From an uncultured Methylomirabilota bacterium (lineage in GTDB: Bacteria > Methylomirabilota > Methylomirabilia > Methylomirabilales > 2-02-FULL-66-22): DNA of 64,000 nucleotides. Of the stretch, positions 10,220 through 20,487 are shown in pieces. The position numbers were made by a program, and so were the translations under genes. Location of the stretch: contig OY970067.1 in assembly GCA_963705305.1 (NCBI GenBank), positions 480,001-544,000 on the forward strand, read 5' to 3'. The notes beneath the pieces are model-generated. The model saw only the letters and a list, made by a program, of their open reading frames with translations. It was not told the DNA's origin and made no database searches. Within the stretch, counting starts at the first letter, position 1; each line of letters begins with the position of its first letter.

Positions 10220-11153
10220 TAATCCGGGACGTTGCCAAGCAATTCACGGAGCGGCCGTGAGCAGTCGCTCCCACCGCGCGCGCTCCACGCGGCCGCGCGC
10301 TACCGCCTGGGACACCGCCTGGGGGGAGACCCCGAGGACGGGAGCCCGGGGCCCCGCGGGGTGCCCGCCCACCGCCACCCAGCGGGAGGCGATGCCGGCC
10401 CGGGCGCGCGCCACCGCGCCGGGGCCCCCCCGCCAGGGTGGCCCGCCCCAGACCGCCCTGGCGGCAGCCCCGGGCCGTGCGGGGCGCCCCCCGGAGGGCG
10501 GGTCTGCGGACCGGGGCGGCCGACGCCCCCGCCGGCTGCCGCTGCGCCGCAAACGCCGCCCGGCCGCGGATCCGCGCATCCCCGCGATCCGCCGCGCGCG
10601 GGCGGGGGCCGCACTGCCCAAGGCTGGTCCGCGTGTCTCGCCAGGCCCGGGGGCCCGTTCCCCCGAGCGCGCTGTGGCCGGTCCAGGGGCAGCGGGCGAG
10701 CGTCCGGAGCGCGGGCACGCCGTTCGCGCGGCGCGGGTGGAGGTGCAGGTAGCGGACGCGGTCCCGGAGGGAGGGCGCCGCCGCCACCACGAGGGCCGTG
10801 TCGCGGCTCTGGAAGAGGTGCCCGACCCGCTTCTGGCGGCGGTTGACGGCCCCGGCGGAGCCGGTCCGGAGGGACCGCATGCTCCGGGGCAGGGGGCGCG
10901 TCCCGGTCCGGACCAGGCGGTGGGCGTGGTTCGGGAGGGCCCAGGCGTAGACGGTGAGGGCCCCCTGCTCCGCCAGGGCGGCGAGGCGGACGAGGAAGTC
11001 CGTCCGATCGGTGTCGGCGCGGAAGAGCCTGGTGCGCTCGATCCCGCGCACCCTCACCTGGTGCAGCGTGTCCGGCGCCTCCAGCCGCGGCTGGCGTGGC
11101 CTGATGGAGTTGCGGCTCGCACACCTTGGTTTACTTGGCAACGTCCCGGATTA
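10220..11153 (-). mobile_element. Degenerate Y1/HUH transposase element with 23-bp TIRs (1 mismatch)
   Basis: TAATCCGGGACGTTGCCAAGCAA at 10220-10242 and TTACTTGGCAACGTCCCGGATTA at 11131-11153; internal reading aligns with the 1027-2031 protein, with start ATG mutated to AGG. Confidence 0.85.
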
Positions 11154-11255
11154 TATATGCACTTCAAAGACGCCGATGCTTATCCATGGCGACTCCACTT
11201 GAATCCTTACGAAAGGGACATCGGAAATAATTGATTCCTTCACGCCCTCGTATTG

Positions 11256-12506
11256 TCACAGACCTAACTCCGCGCCTTGAGTAACCAGGACCTTTTGCAG
11301 CTCGGCCACATCTATCTTACCAGGCGTGGTGCCCGCCCGTACCGCCAGCGCCGCCGCCGTCCCTGCCGCCTGCCCTGTGGCCGAGCAGACGGGGATCAGT
11401 CGGAGTTGGCCCATGGCCTCTTCGTCGGCCGAGATGCAGCGCCCCGCCACGAGCAGGTTGTCCACCCCTTGTGGCAGCAGCGAGCCGTACGGGAGCCGGA
11501 TGGGTTCCTCGGCGTACGGCTTGACCACCGTGTCGCCGAAACGGGTCGTCCGCACCTCTTGCATCGTGGGCGAGCTGCCCCCCAGGATCTGCCGAGTTGC
11601 CCGCACGCCAAGCAAGGGCGCCGTTTCTGTGACCCAGGCTCCCTCGAAGCCCCGAACGTGCCGCCGCAAGAAGCCCACGAACCGAATCACGTGCTCCCTG
11701 GTGATCACCTCCGCCTCGGTGAGCTGTGCCGGGTCGAGGGCGTCTCGGCCGCCCAGATTCCCGGACCAGACGTTGAGCTCGCCGGGATGGAGGAGGCATT
11801 CCGCATGGACGCCTGGAGCGCCCCACTCCACAGTGGTACCCAGTTCATAGGAGAGTTCGCCCCGGGCAATCGCTTGGGCCACGACCCGCCTAAGATTGCT
11901 CCAATTGCCGAGATGGGCGAGTACCTCGTCCACATCGACCCCCGCCATGTTGAACATCAAAGTAATCGGCTTGCGCACTACCCGAAACGGTGCGCCGGCA
12001 AAGGCGGCCACGTCCGCGTCGCCCGTCGCATCCACCACCACCTTCGCCCGGATGGCCTGGCGCCCCGCCTTATTCTCGATGATGACGCCTCTTAGAGCAT
12101 TTTGCTCCACTATGCTCCCCACTATCAGAGAGTGTAGTAGGAGGCGAACGTTCTGCTCCCGTAGCATCTGCACCAGCTCGAACTTCAGCACCTCTGGGTC
12201 CAGAGCGTGCATCTTGAGATCGACCATCTCGGCGCCCGGATGCTGCAAGGGGGCGTACACCTGCATCTCCCGGAGCCGCGCACTGATTTCTCGATTGATC
12301 CCGTTGTCGAGGGGCGGCGTCGTAATGACAAGACCGCCGGTGACGAGGCCGCCGAGGAACCCGTAGCGCTCCACCACCAGTGGGCGCGCGCCGTTTCGCG
12401 CCGCACAGACCGCCGCGGCCACCCCGGCGAACCCGCCACCGCACACGAGCACATCCGCCTCCGCCGTGACCGGGACCCTCCGCTCCGTCTCAACGATCCA
12501 GCTCAT
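11256..12506 (-). CDS. FAD-dependent oxidoreductase
   Basis: DVLVCGGGFAG, VVDATGDAD, DNLLVAGRCIS, GQAAGTAAA. Confidence 0.9.
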   Translation of the reverse strand: MSWIVETERRVPVTAEADVLVCGGGFAGVAAAVCAARNGARPLVVERYGFLGGLVTGGLVITTPPLDNGINREISARLREMQVYAPLQHPGAEMVDLKMHALDPEVLKFELVQMLREQNVRLLLHSLIVGSIVEQNALRGVIIENKAGRQAIRAKVVVDATGDADVAAFAGAPFRVVRKPITLMFNMAGVDVDEVLAHLGNWSNLRRVVAQAIARGELSYELGTTVEWGAPGVHAECLLHPGELNVWSGNLGGRDALDPAQLTEAEVITREHVIRFVGFLRRHVRGFEGAWVTETAPLLGVRATRQILGGSSPTMQEVRTTRFGDTVVKPYAEEPIRLPYGSLLPQGVDNLLVAGRCISADEEAMGQLRLIPVCSATGQAAGTAAALAVRAGTTPGKIDVAELQKVLVTQGAELGL

Positions 12507-12769
12507 CGCATCCTCCCGTCTGCCCTCTTGCCCCGCAACGCTCCGGGCGCTGGTACCAGACTTTGAAGGCTAACGAAGGTTCCGGAATTCTCCAGTGAAT
12601 TCGCCATACTTGCCGTGCGCCGTCTGCGGCCGATTTGAATCGACAACAATCACGTCGACGAGGCGGCCCGGGACGACAGTCGGCGAGGATGGATACTCCC
12701 CAATTCAACGAGTTGCTTGACTTGCGCAATGACGCTTCCGCCAGACTGTTTCGCGGCAAGCGCAAGGTC

Positions 12770-12860
12770 CGGTGGTGGATCCCGGGCTGGCCGAAGAAGT
12801 AACTGTAGATCATAAAGCTAATGCCTTCCATCACCCCCGGCGTGGTGCCCCCGAAAGTGA
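12770..12860 (-). pseudogene. Relic of a TRAP large-permease paralogue
   Basis: GGTTPGVMEGISFMIYSYFFGQPGIHHR matches GGTTSGLMVGAGLMIYSYFFGPVGIHHR in 15178-16524. Confidence 0.7.
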
Positions 12861-12953
12861 TAATTTTGTCCAGAACATTCACACGTGGTCTCGACGGCGC
12901 CCAGCGCGGTTAACCCCGCTTGCTCCTAACCCTTGTCGCACTTCAGTCCCGGA

Positions 12954-14132
12954 TCAGATGACGCCAGCCTTCCTGAAGGCACTAATCTCCGGGGCGGTGT
13001 ACCCCAACTCGGTGAGGATCGCTTCGGTGTGTTCCCCGACGAGCGGAGGCGGCAGCCTGATGCTCCCGGGGGTATCACTCAACCTCACAGGAATCCCTGT
13101 AACCTTTATAGTTCCTGAAGACGGATGCTCGACCTCCGCAAGCATGCCGTTGACTCCCAGTTGCGGATTCGCGGCCACCTCGGCATAGGTGAGAACCGGC
13201 GCGCACCAGCCGTCCCGTGCCTCGAATTCCCGAATCCACTCAGCCACGGGCCGCGTGGTCAGGATCGGCTCGATCTCCGCCTTCAGTTCATCCCGGCGCT
13301 GAAAAGCCACTCCTCTGTCCACGTACTTCTCGGCGAGGTGCGGAAGCCCCAGCGCATCCCCAAGGCCTTTGAGGGAAATCTCGGCCAGAACAAAATAGCC
13401 GTCCTGGGCGCGGAACACGCCGTACGGGCCCCCCAGGTGGACGTGCCCCCTCTCGGATCCCCTCGTGATCGGCGCATCGGCATTCCAGAACGCAGCGAAT
13501 TCCTGAGTCTGCAAGTCGACGGAGGAACTCAAGAGATCCACCTCGACCCTCTGTCCCCTTCCACTGCGCTCGCGGTGCAGCAGGGCCAGGGCTATTCCAT
13601 ACGCAAGGAGGGATGCGCTGTGCTCATCCGCGATGAAGGTGCCCGCGGGAGTAGGTGGCTCGCCCGGCCCCCCGGAGAGGGTCATGAGCCCGCTGAGCGC
13701 TTGAGCCAGCAGATCTTGCCCCCTCTTTTTCGAGTACGGGCCGCTTCCCCCGTACCCGGTGGCAGAACCATAGACGATTCTCGGGTTAACCTCTCGTATT
13801 CGCGCGTACCCCAACCCCAGCCTGTCCATAACCCCCGGTCGAAAATTCTCCACCAGCACATCGGCGGTGGCGATGAGCTTCAGGGCGATTGCGGCGCCCT
13901 CGGGTGCCTTGAGGTTCAGCGCGAGGCTCCGCTTGTTCCGGTTCATCGCCAGAAACATCGCCTTCTGGCCGCCCTTCGAATATTGCCCGGAGTTCCGTCC
14001 CCGTTCGCCGATTCCGGGAACCTCCACTTTGATCACGTCCGCGCCCATGTCACCCAGCATCTGTGCAGCCCACGGCCCTTGCATCATCTGGGCAAAATCG
14101 AGCACCCGAAAGCCTTCTAGCGGCCCACCCAT
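12954..14132 (-). CDS. CoA-transferase family III (CaiB/BaiF)
   Basis: GPLEGFRVLDF, LGDMGADVIKVE, NRNKRSLALNLK, DVLVENFRPG, PPLVGEHT. Confidence 0.92.
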   Translation of the reverse strand: MGGPLEGFRVLDFAQMMQGPWAAQMLGDMGADVIKVEVPGIGERGRNSGQYSKGGQKAMFLAMNRNKRSLALNLKAPEGAAIALKLIATADVLVENFRPGVMDRLGLGYARIREVNPRIVYGSATGYGGSGPYSKKRGQDLLAQALSGLMTLSGGPGEPPTPAGTFIADEHSASLLAYGIALALLHRERSGRGQRVEVDLLSSSVDLQTQEFAAFWNADAPITRGSERGHVHLGGPYGVFRAQDGYFVLAEISLKGLGDALGLPHLAEKYVDRGVAFQRRDELKAEIEPILTTRPVAEWIREFEARDGWCAPVLTYAEVAANPQLGVNGMLAEVEHPSSGTIKVTGIPVRLSDTPGSIRLPPPLVGEHTEAILTELGYTAPEISAFRKAGVI

Positions 14133-14584
14133 GGTTCGACCCCCGAATGTGTGCCTCGGCTGGCAGTCAATAGGGCAACTTGTGGTTCTTCGCCCCAAAG
14201 CCCGCCACGCCTTGGTCCAAGCTCCCGTCCCTTCAACGCATGCTCACCGCGGTGCAGTCGAGAAAGTCCCCCACCTCTCGAATCTTGGCCCACCGGTTGG
14301 CGAGCGCCTCCGGATCCTTCCGGCACAGTGTCCCCGCCATCCTGATGGTCGCCTTGCACCGGCAAGAACAGAGCGCCTTTCTACGGTGCGCGTCCAAAGA
14401 TAAGGTGAGACTTCGGCACAGTTGACGAAAGACACATCCCCTTGTAAAGGATCATTCTGGCAAAAATAGATGGGGTCCATTTGGCGCACACCTGATGACC
14501 CCACGACAGAAAATCGACATTCTTCAGATCTTGCCTGCTCAATGGACTGAACTATCTTATGCTGCCTTCTCCTTGTAGAGTACC

Positions 14585-15016
14585 TCAAAAGTAGTAAAGA
14601 ATATGTGTACCCACGACGACCACTTCGCCGTCCTGATTTGTCACTGTTATTTGGGCCAAGCTTTGGGACTTCTCCGGAACCTTATCCATTATCTTATACT
14701 CTACTGAGATGGTGTCACCAATGCGCACAGCCTTAACAAATCGGATCCGATCGTATCCATACGACACGCATCGAGGCACATGCATCGTCTCAACAAATTT
14801 GGTCGAAGCGCTAGACATATAACCGACGATTAAAGCACCGTGGGCAATCCGATGTTTGTAGATACTGTCTTTCATGTACTCTTCGTTGACATGATTTCCA
14901 TGCAGGTCTCCTGTTATTCCAGCGAATAGGTAAACGTCACTTTCCCCGACCGTCTTACTGAAGGTTACCTTGTCCCCGATTTGAATACGACCCAAACTCA
15001 TTCCCGGCTCACTCAT
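14585..15016 (-). CDS. MaoC-family dehydratase
   Basis: FAGITGDLHGNHVN, IAHGAL, RFVKAVRIGDTI. Confidence 0.88.
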   Translation of the reverse strand: MSEPGMSLGRIQIGDKVTFSKTVGESDVYLFAGITGDLHGNHVNEEYMKDSIYKHRIAHGALIVGYMSSASTKFVETMHVPRCVSYGYDRIRFVKAVRIGDTISVEYKIMDKVPEKSQSLAQITVTNQDGEVVVVGTHILYYF

Positions 15017-15177
15017 ATTTTCTCCCCTCGTCCGTAGGTGCGATGTCGTCACCCCGTCACCGTCGCCACTTTTGTCTCAGGCACACTTGCCTCCTATCGT
15101 ACGATTGACTAATCATCGCGCGGCCAGACCTGGACGATAGAACCCTCCAATCTCAAATCAAGCCAGGAATTTCCTGG

Positions 15178-16524
15178 CTAGAGTGATGGGCAGATGTACT
15201 TGCCGTGTAGGCCGATGAAACACCCGACGGACTGGGGAAGGACGAGCCGGGGTAACCAGAGGACTAGGTTTGGAAATAGGATGATCAGCGTGATCACGAT
15301 GAAAAAAATCAGGTAAAGCGGGATCGATTGGCGAAGCGCTTTGAGGAACGGCACACCCGCCAAGGTCGAGGCCAAGAGCAGAATCAGGCCGTATGGGGGG
15401 GTGATTAGACCGAAGGCCAAGCTCACGATGACGAGGACACCCATGTGGATTGGGTGGATGTGGCCGAGCCGCGCCAGGGCCGTGATGATAGGCATGAAAA
15501 TGGCAATGGCGGGAACCCCATCCAGGAAGTCTCCAGCAATCGTCAAAACGGCCACCATGAGATACATGATAAAGATCCGGTTGTGGCCCGCGACCGCTTC
15601 GATCCAGCCTTTCACAATATCTGGGCCGCCAAGGTACGCCAGCATCCATCCAACCGCCGAAGCGCTGGCCACCGCGGCCATCGGGAGCGAATAGAGAACC
15701 GCCGCCTCCATGAAGTTCTGCGCTAGGTTCCGGATGTGAGCTCGATTCAATAAGGGGATCAGGACGACCAGGATGTACACCACGGCGACCATGCCCGCTT
15801 CCGCTGGCGTGAAGTACCCGGTGAGGACGCCACCGACGATGATGATGGGGATCATCAGCGGCAAGACCGCTGCCTGGGTCGCCTTGAACATCTGGTGGAA
15901 GGAGGCCCGTCGGTGGTGGATCCCGACAGGGCCGAAGAAGTAACTATAGATCATGAGACCGGCACCGACCATCAGCCCTGATGTGGTGCCCCCGAGGAAC
16001 AACCCCGCGATGGAAACATTCCCGATGGCGCCATAAACGATGGCCATGATGCTGGGCGGGACCATGGCGGCAATGCTGGAGGCGGCCGCGACCAGTGCCG
16101 CGGAGAAAGCCGGATCGTATCCCTCCTGCTCCATGTAGGGCATAACGACCGTGCTGATCGCCGTGACATCCGCCGTCATGGATCCCGAGATGCCGGCGAA
16201 GATCATACTCGATAGGCTCACCACTTGGGCAAGGCCGCTGCGGAAATGGCCGACGAAAACCTGGGCGAACCGGATGAGCCGTTCGGTGAGATTGGCCGAG
16301 GTCATCATGTCCCCGGCCAAGAGGAAAAAGGGGATGGCCAGGAACTCGAGCTGGTTGATCCCGTTAAAGAGTTGGGCCATGATGGAGGGAAGCGAGATCG
16401 GGGTGAAGAGGGCCGTGGCCAACAGGGAGCCGGCGATCAGGGAATAGCAGACGGGAACCCCTTGGTAGCCGAGGTAGAGGAAAGCCGCAATCATCACCAC
16501 CACAGCGACTGCATTCATGCTCAT
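15178..16524 (-). CDS. dctM: TRAP transporter large permease
   Basis: FLAIPFFLLAG, FAGISGS, VPPSI, GLITPPYG; multi-TM. Confidence 0.9.
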   Translation of the reverse strand: MSMNAVAVVVMIAAFLYLGYQGVPVCYSLIAGSLLATALFTPISLPSIMAQLFNGINQLEFLAIPFFLLAGDMMTSANLTERLIRFAQVFVGHFRSGLAQVVSLSSMIFAGISGSMTADVTAISTVVMPYMEQEGYDPAFSAALVAAASSIAAMVPPSIMAIVYGAIGNVSIAGLFLGGTTSGLMVGAGLMIYSYFFGPVGIHHRRASFHQMFKATQAAVLPLMIPIIIVGGVLTGYFTPAEAGMVAVVYILVVLIPLLNRAHIRNLAQNFMEAAVLYSLPMAAVASASAVGWMLAYLGGPDIVKGWIEAVAGHNRIFIMYLMVAVLTIAGDFLDGVPAIAIFMPIITALARLGHIHPIHMGVLVIVSLAFGLITPPYGLILLLASTLAGVPFLKALRQSIPLYLIFFIVITLIILFPNLVLWLPRLVLPQSVGCFIGLHGKYICPSL

Positions 16525-16537
16525 AACTAGCCTATCG

Positions 16538-17113
16538 TCAGGTCACCGAGATGCGCGGCGTAACCCCGGTCTCCCCCGGGACAGCGAAGCCGCGGCGCCA
16601 CCCATTGACGAGCTCCTCAATGGTGAAGAGGGCCACGAATACGCCGGAGACGGGAATGGCAGCATATAGGTATGCGATGGGTGTGAGCGAGGGCATCAGG
16701 AAACTACCGAACCCAGTTAGATAGTTTTGGTAGCCGAACACGATCATGCAAAGGGCCACCACTAGCATGACGAGGCGGTTGATGATCTCGACCACAAAGC
16801 GCTTCCGTCCAGTTAGGAACTCGCCGACGGCCGTCAAACGGAAGTGCTGGTCGCGCCGGACCGCCACCCCCGCCCCCAGGAACACCCCCCACACGAAGAA
16901 CCCGGAGGAAAACTCCTCCGCGTCGAGCCAGGGATGACCAATGTCACGGAAGAGGACGTCGCCCAATTCACTCAAGGTAAAGGCGAGGAGCAACAGGGCG
17001 CACAAGACCATGAGGCCGCGCTCGAGATAGTTCAGCGCGGACCACTTAAGATGGGGCGACGCATGGATTGTGATCCGTGACCCCAGCCGCTCGGGCTGTT
17101 TTGGAACAGCCAT
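16538..17113 (-). CDS. dctQ: TRAP transporter small permease
   Basis: 4 TM, W..EE, WGVFLGAGVAVRRDQH; lies between dctP and dctM. Confidence 0.85.
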   Translation of the reverse strand: MAVPKQPERLGSRITIHASPHLKWSALNYLERGLMVLCALLLLAFTLSELGDVLFRDIGHPWLDAEEFSSGFFVWGVFLGAGVAVRRDQHFRLTAVGEFLTGRKRFVVEIINRLVMLVVALCMIVFGYQNYLTGFGSFLMPSLTPIAYLYAAIPVSGVFVALFTIEELVNGWRRGFAVPGETGVTPRISVT

Positions 17114-17435
17114 GTTACTCGGGGCTCCAAAGACGGCCGAGTAGCTGGACGGCGTACTCCCCCCCGTCCTCGACCAAAGGCGTCTCAAGGGGGGCCGTGA
17201 GTTGGGCGAAGACCGGCTGGTCGACCTTGGTGTGGGCGGCCCCCCCTCGTTTCTGCAACCTCCTGGTTGCCTCTGAACGACATGGGAAGAATCGTCTCGT
17301 CACCACGGCCGGCCTCCCTGCCGTCATGAAAGCCCAATCCTGCGCAGACCCTTCACGCCACCCCCCTCCCCGAGAGCGCCACCCTGTTCTCGGAAACTGT
17401 ACGAACGAATAAGCCTGTCTCGAATTGGCTCCCCG

Positions 17436-18452
17436 CTATGCGAGCTTCCGAACCATGGTCAGGAGTTGCACGGCGTACTTCCCCAGATCCTCGGCTACCT
17501 TCATCTGCAGCGGGGCCGCCAGGGTCTCGAAACTGTTCTTATCGACCTGTTCGTGAAAGGTCACGCCCAGCCCCTTCAGGGCACTGACGGCCTCCGCTGC
17601 ATACTCCAGTGATTTTCGTGTGGCCAGCGGTCGTGCGTAGTCGGCTGCCCCTTGCACCCACTGCCGCTGCTCATCCGTCAGGCTGTTCCAGACCTTATCG
17701 CTCACCCAGAGGTGGAAGTTAGCGGCCTCGTGCTCGGTCTTCGAGAGGACCGGCGCCACCTCGTAGTGCTTGTTCTTGAGGTAAATGTCGTTCCCGTTCT
17801 CGGCGATGTCGACGAGTCCGGTCTGGAGCGAGGTGTACACCTGGCCGAAGGGCATGTGGACCGGGATGGCGTGGTAAGTAGTGATAAACGCATCTTCCGT
17901 CTTCGTGGCCTGGACCCGAAACTTTTTGCCCCTGATGTCACGGACATTCGAGATGGGGAACTTCGAGTACATGTTCCGCAAGGCCAGGGTCGACAGGCCG
18001 AGCGATCGGGCGCCCGTCGTGTTCTCTGCAATCATCTTTTTGAACGTCGCATTGATCCCCGGGTCATTCAGACACCTCTCGAGATGCGCGTCGTCTCGAA
18101 AGATATAGTGGAGCGAGAAGACGCCCGACTGAGGGACCACGGTGGCCGTGTTGGCGCTTGTGATGCTGGCGAAGTCGATGTCGCCCGTCCGGACCTTCTG
18201 GGCCATCTCGGGCTCCTGGCCGAGTGCCGCATCCGGGAATTGCCGGATCTTGAAGGTGCCGCCGCTCAACTCTTGCAGTTTGTGGTCGAAAGTGTCGGCC
18301 ATGTATCCGTATCCGGTCTCGTGAGGTTCGTCATAGCCGTAGGTAAAGCTTCGGGCGGATCCGGCCGCGTGGGCCTTTCGCACTACCCACGGTGCTGCCA
18401 CAGCGGCCCCCACGGTCGCGGAACGGATCAGGAAGGAACGTCTCGTCAACAT
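17436..18452 (-). CDS. dctP: TRAP substrate-binding protein, Tat-exported
   Basis: TRRSFL signal, RGKKFRVQ, MPFGQVYTSLQTGLVDIAEN, HYEVA. Confidence 0.9.
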   Translation of the reverse strand: MLTRRSFLIRSATVGAAVAAPWVVRKAHAAGSARSFTYGYDEPHETGYGYMADTFDHKLQELSGGTFKIRQFPDAALGQEPEMAQKVRTGDIDFASITSANTATVVPQSGVFSLHYIFRDDAHLERCLNDPGINATFKKMIAENTTGARSLGLSTLALRNMYSKFPISNVRDIRGKKFRVQATKTEDAFITTYHAIPVHMPFGQVYTSLQTGLVDIAENGNDIYLKNKHYEVAPVLSKTEHEAANFHLWVSDKVWNSLTDEQRQWVQGAADYARPLATRKSLEYAAEAVSALKGLGVTFHEQVDKNSFETLAAPLQMKVAEDLGKYAVQLLTMVRKLA

Positions 18453-18699
18453 GATTGATCTCCTTGTGTCATAAGGGTCCAGGAAAATGCGAGCCCACGG
18501 TGACACCCCCCTCCAGGGGGGCGCCACGTCAGCGGTCCACCTGGATATCCCAGGGCCGCTTCATCGAAAACCCACCTGTCAAGTCCGTCGCGGCCGGCAT
18601 AGCGCGGTAGATCCGGAAGAACAATGGTCGGGCCGACGGGCACATGAATCCTCTTTTCCTACCCGTGACTCCAGATCTGGCGTGTCGGGTGGCCTATTC

Positions 18700-19245
18700 T
18701 CCACTGCCATTCAAGCGAGCTGAACACTGCCTGGAGACCCCGATGAGTAAAAAACAGGAACTGGATGGACCAGCCGCGCCGGGTTCGACAGGGCCCATCC
18801 GAAGATGGACGGCAGCTGGAGGGGCACCAGGACCCGGAGAGCGATCAACGCCGTCCAGTGCTGGAGGTGGAGTGCGTTGGCTACGCGTCCCCATGAACGC
18901 CTCGACCTTGAGGTATCGCTTGCGGGCTCTGGAGAGGCATTCCGTCTGCCAGCAGTCCTGGTAGATCCGGGCAATGGGCGTGAGGGCGGGGGTGGGCTGG
19001 TTCGTGAGGTCTGGCGAGAGGTGGAACTTCACGGACCCCTTGGTCCGGCGGAACGTGCCCAGGCCGAACACCGAAGTGCAAAGATCAATGGCCGGGGAGT
19101 CCGGAGACCGGGGGGAGTGCTCGAACAGGAATCTCCGGAGGCCCCGGGCATAGCGCTCCGCGCGGTGTTCCTTGGCAACCCGCCGGAACTCCTCCCGGGC
19201 GAAGATCCGGAGCACCTGACTGGGCACGCTCACGACACACATCGC
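18700..19245 (-). pseudogene. IS4-family transposase relic with internal deletions
   Basis: QVLRIFAREEF..EHRAERYARG, IDLC.SVF..FRRTKGSVKFH, IARIYQDCWQTE (degenerate YREK), LKVEAFMGT. Confidence 0.7.
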
Positions 19246-19473
19246 CGTTGCGCCTTCTCTCCGGCTGTGAAGCGGCGTCTCCGACCGATCTCCCCTAGAG
19301 CCGGGTGAGGCTCAGCATTCAACGCGGGCTAATTTGGACAGGGCAACGGATTATCACAGAAAGATCGAGGGTCCGCAACACGTTTTCGAGTTGTGATGCC
19401 CTTTCTGCTCCAGACCCATGCAGGCAAGAGGCAGGGCCTCAATTTCACGCGACATCTCGCGGCCGTTTGTCGA

Positions 19474-20469
19474 TCACATCGGAGCCGCGGGGATGGGGAC
19501 CGCCTTTCCTTCCGCGATTGCGCGGCGTGCCGCCTCCAGCACCTCGACGCAGGCACGGACCTCCATGGCCGAGGCCAGCGGCGTTCGGCCGTCTCGGATC
19601 GCCGTCAGGAACTCTCGCATTTGTGCGTCAAAGTTCGGGCCGCCCTGCAGGTACGGCCCGTACGACTCATCCACCGTGACCTGGTCATTGACGAGCAGGC
19701 GCGTGTCATCCGTCATGCGCATAGTGCCGCGCGCCGCCACGATGAACCGCTCATTGAATCCAGGGACGGCGTTGAAGGACAGGTGTCCGACCCCGATCCC
19801 CCCATCCGGGAAGTCCAGCAGGAGGGCTGCCTCGTCCTCTCCCTCCCACTGGGTGTTATGGCGCGCCACTGTGGCCTGCACCCGCACGGGACGACTGTCC
19901 ATGAGCCACAGGATCGTATCCACCACGTGCGGTCCGTTCAATCCAAGCGCGAGGCCTCCTGTTTTCTCGGCCGACGGCCACCATTCGGTCAGGACTCCCG
20001 GGAACTGGACCGCCAAGGTGTGGACAATGCTCAAAGCTGGGCCCATCTCGGCGAGGCATTCCTTGGCCCGTAGCGCCGCCTTCGTAAAACGACGGCATTG
20101 CGCCACCATGAGGACCACCTGACGTTGGGAGGCGATCCGGATCATCGCATCCGCCTCGGCAACGGTGTTGGCCAGGGGCTTTTCCACTAGAACGTGGCAC
20201 CCCGCCGCGGCCGCCGCGATGGCTTGAGGGGCGTGCAGGTGATTCGGTGAACAGAGAACGACCGCATCTAGTGCCCGGCCTGCGAGCGCTTCCTCAAGAT
20301 CCCCATAGACTCGACCGACACCATGTTGCCGTGCCACCGCCTGAGCCAACTCGCGTCGCCGACTCACGACCGCGGGAAGCTCTGCTAGGTCCGCGCACGC
20401 TTTCACCGCTCGGATATGCGCGGGCGATATCCTCCCCAATCCAACAATCCCGACCCTAAGCTTTTCCAT
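19474..20469 (-). CDS. Gfo/Idh/MocA oxidoreductase
   Basis: VGIVGLGRI, HVLVEKPLA, GPHVVD. Confidence 0.9.
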   Translation of the reverse strand: MEKLRVGIVGLGRISPAHIRAVKACADLAELPAVVSRRRELAQAVARQHGVGRVYGDLEEALAGRALDAVVLCSPNHLHAPQAIAAAAAGCHVLVEKPLANTVAEADAMIRIASQRQVVLMVAQCRRFTKAALRAKECLAEMGPALSIVHTLAVQFPGVLTEWWPSAEKTGGLALGLNGPHVVDTILWLMDSRPVRVQATVARHNTQWEGEDEAALLLDFPDGGIGVGHLSFNAVPGFNERFIVAARGTMRMTDDTRLLVNDQVTVDESYGPYLQGGPNFDAQMREFLTAIRDGRTPLASAMEVRACVEVLEAARRAIAEGKAVPIPAAPM

Positions 20470-20487
20470 GCAGCACCTCCTGTCCCC

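Noticed and set aside
14443..14490. TG...CA 48-bp stretch resembling an IS21-type end
   Set aside because: No partner end or transposase found
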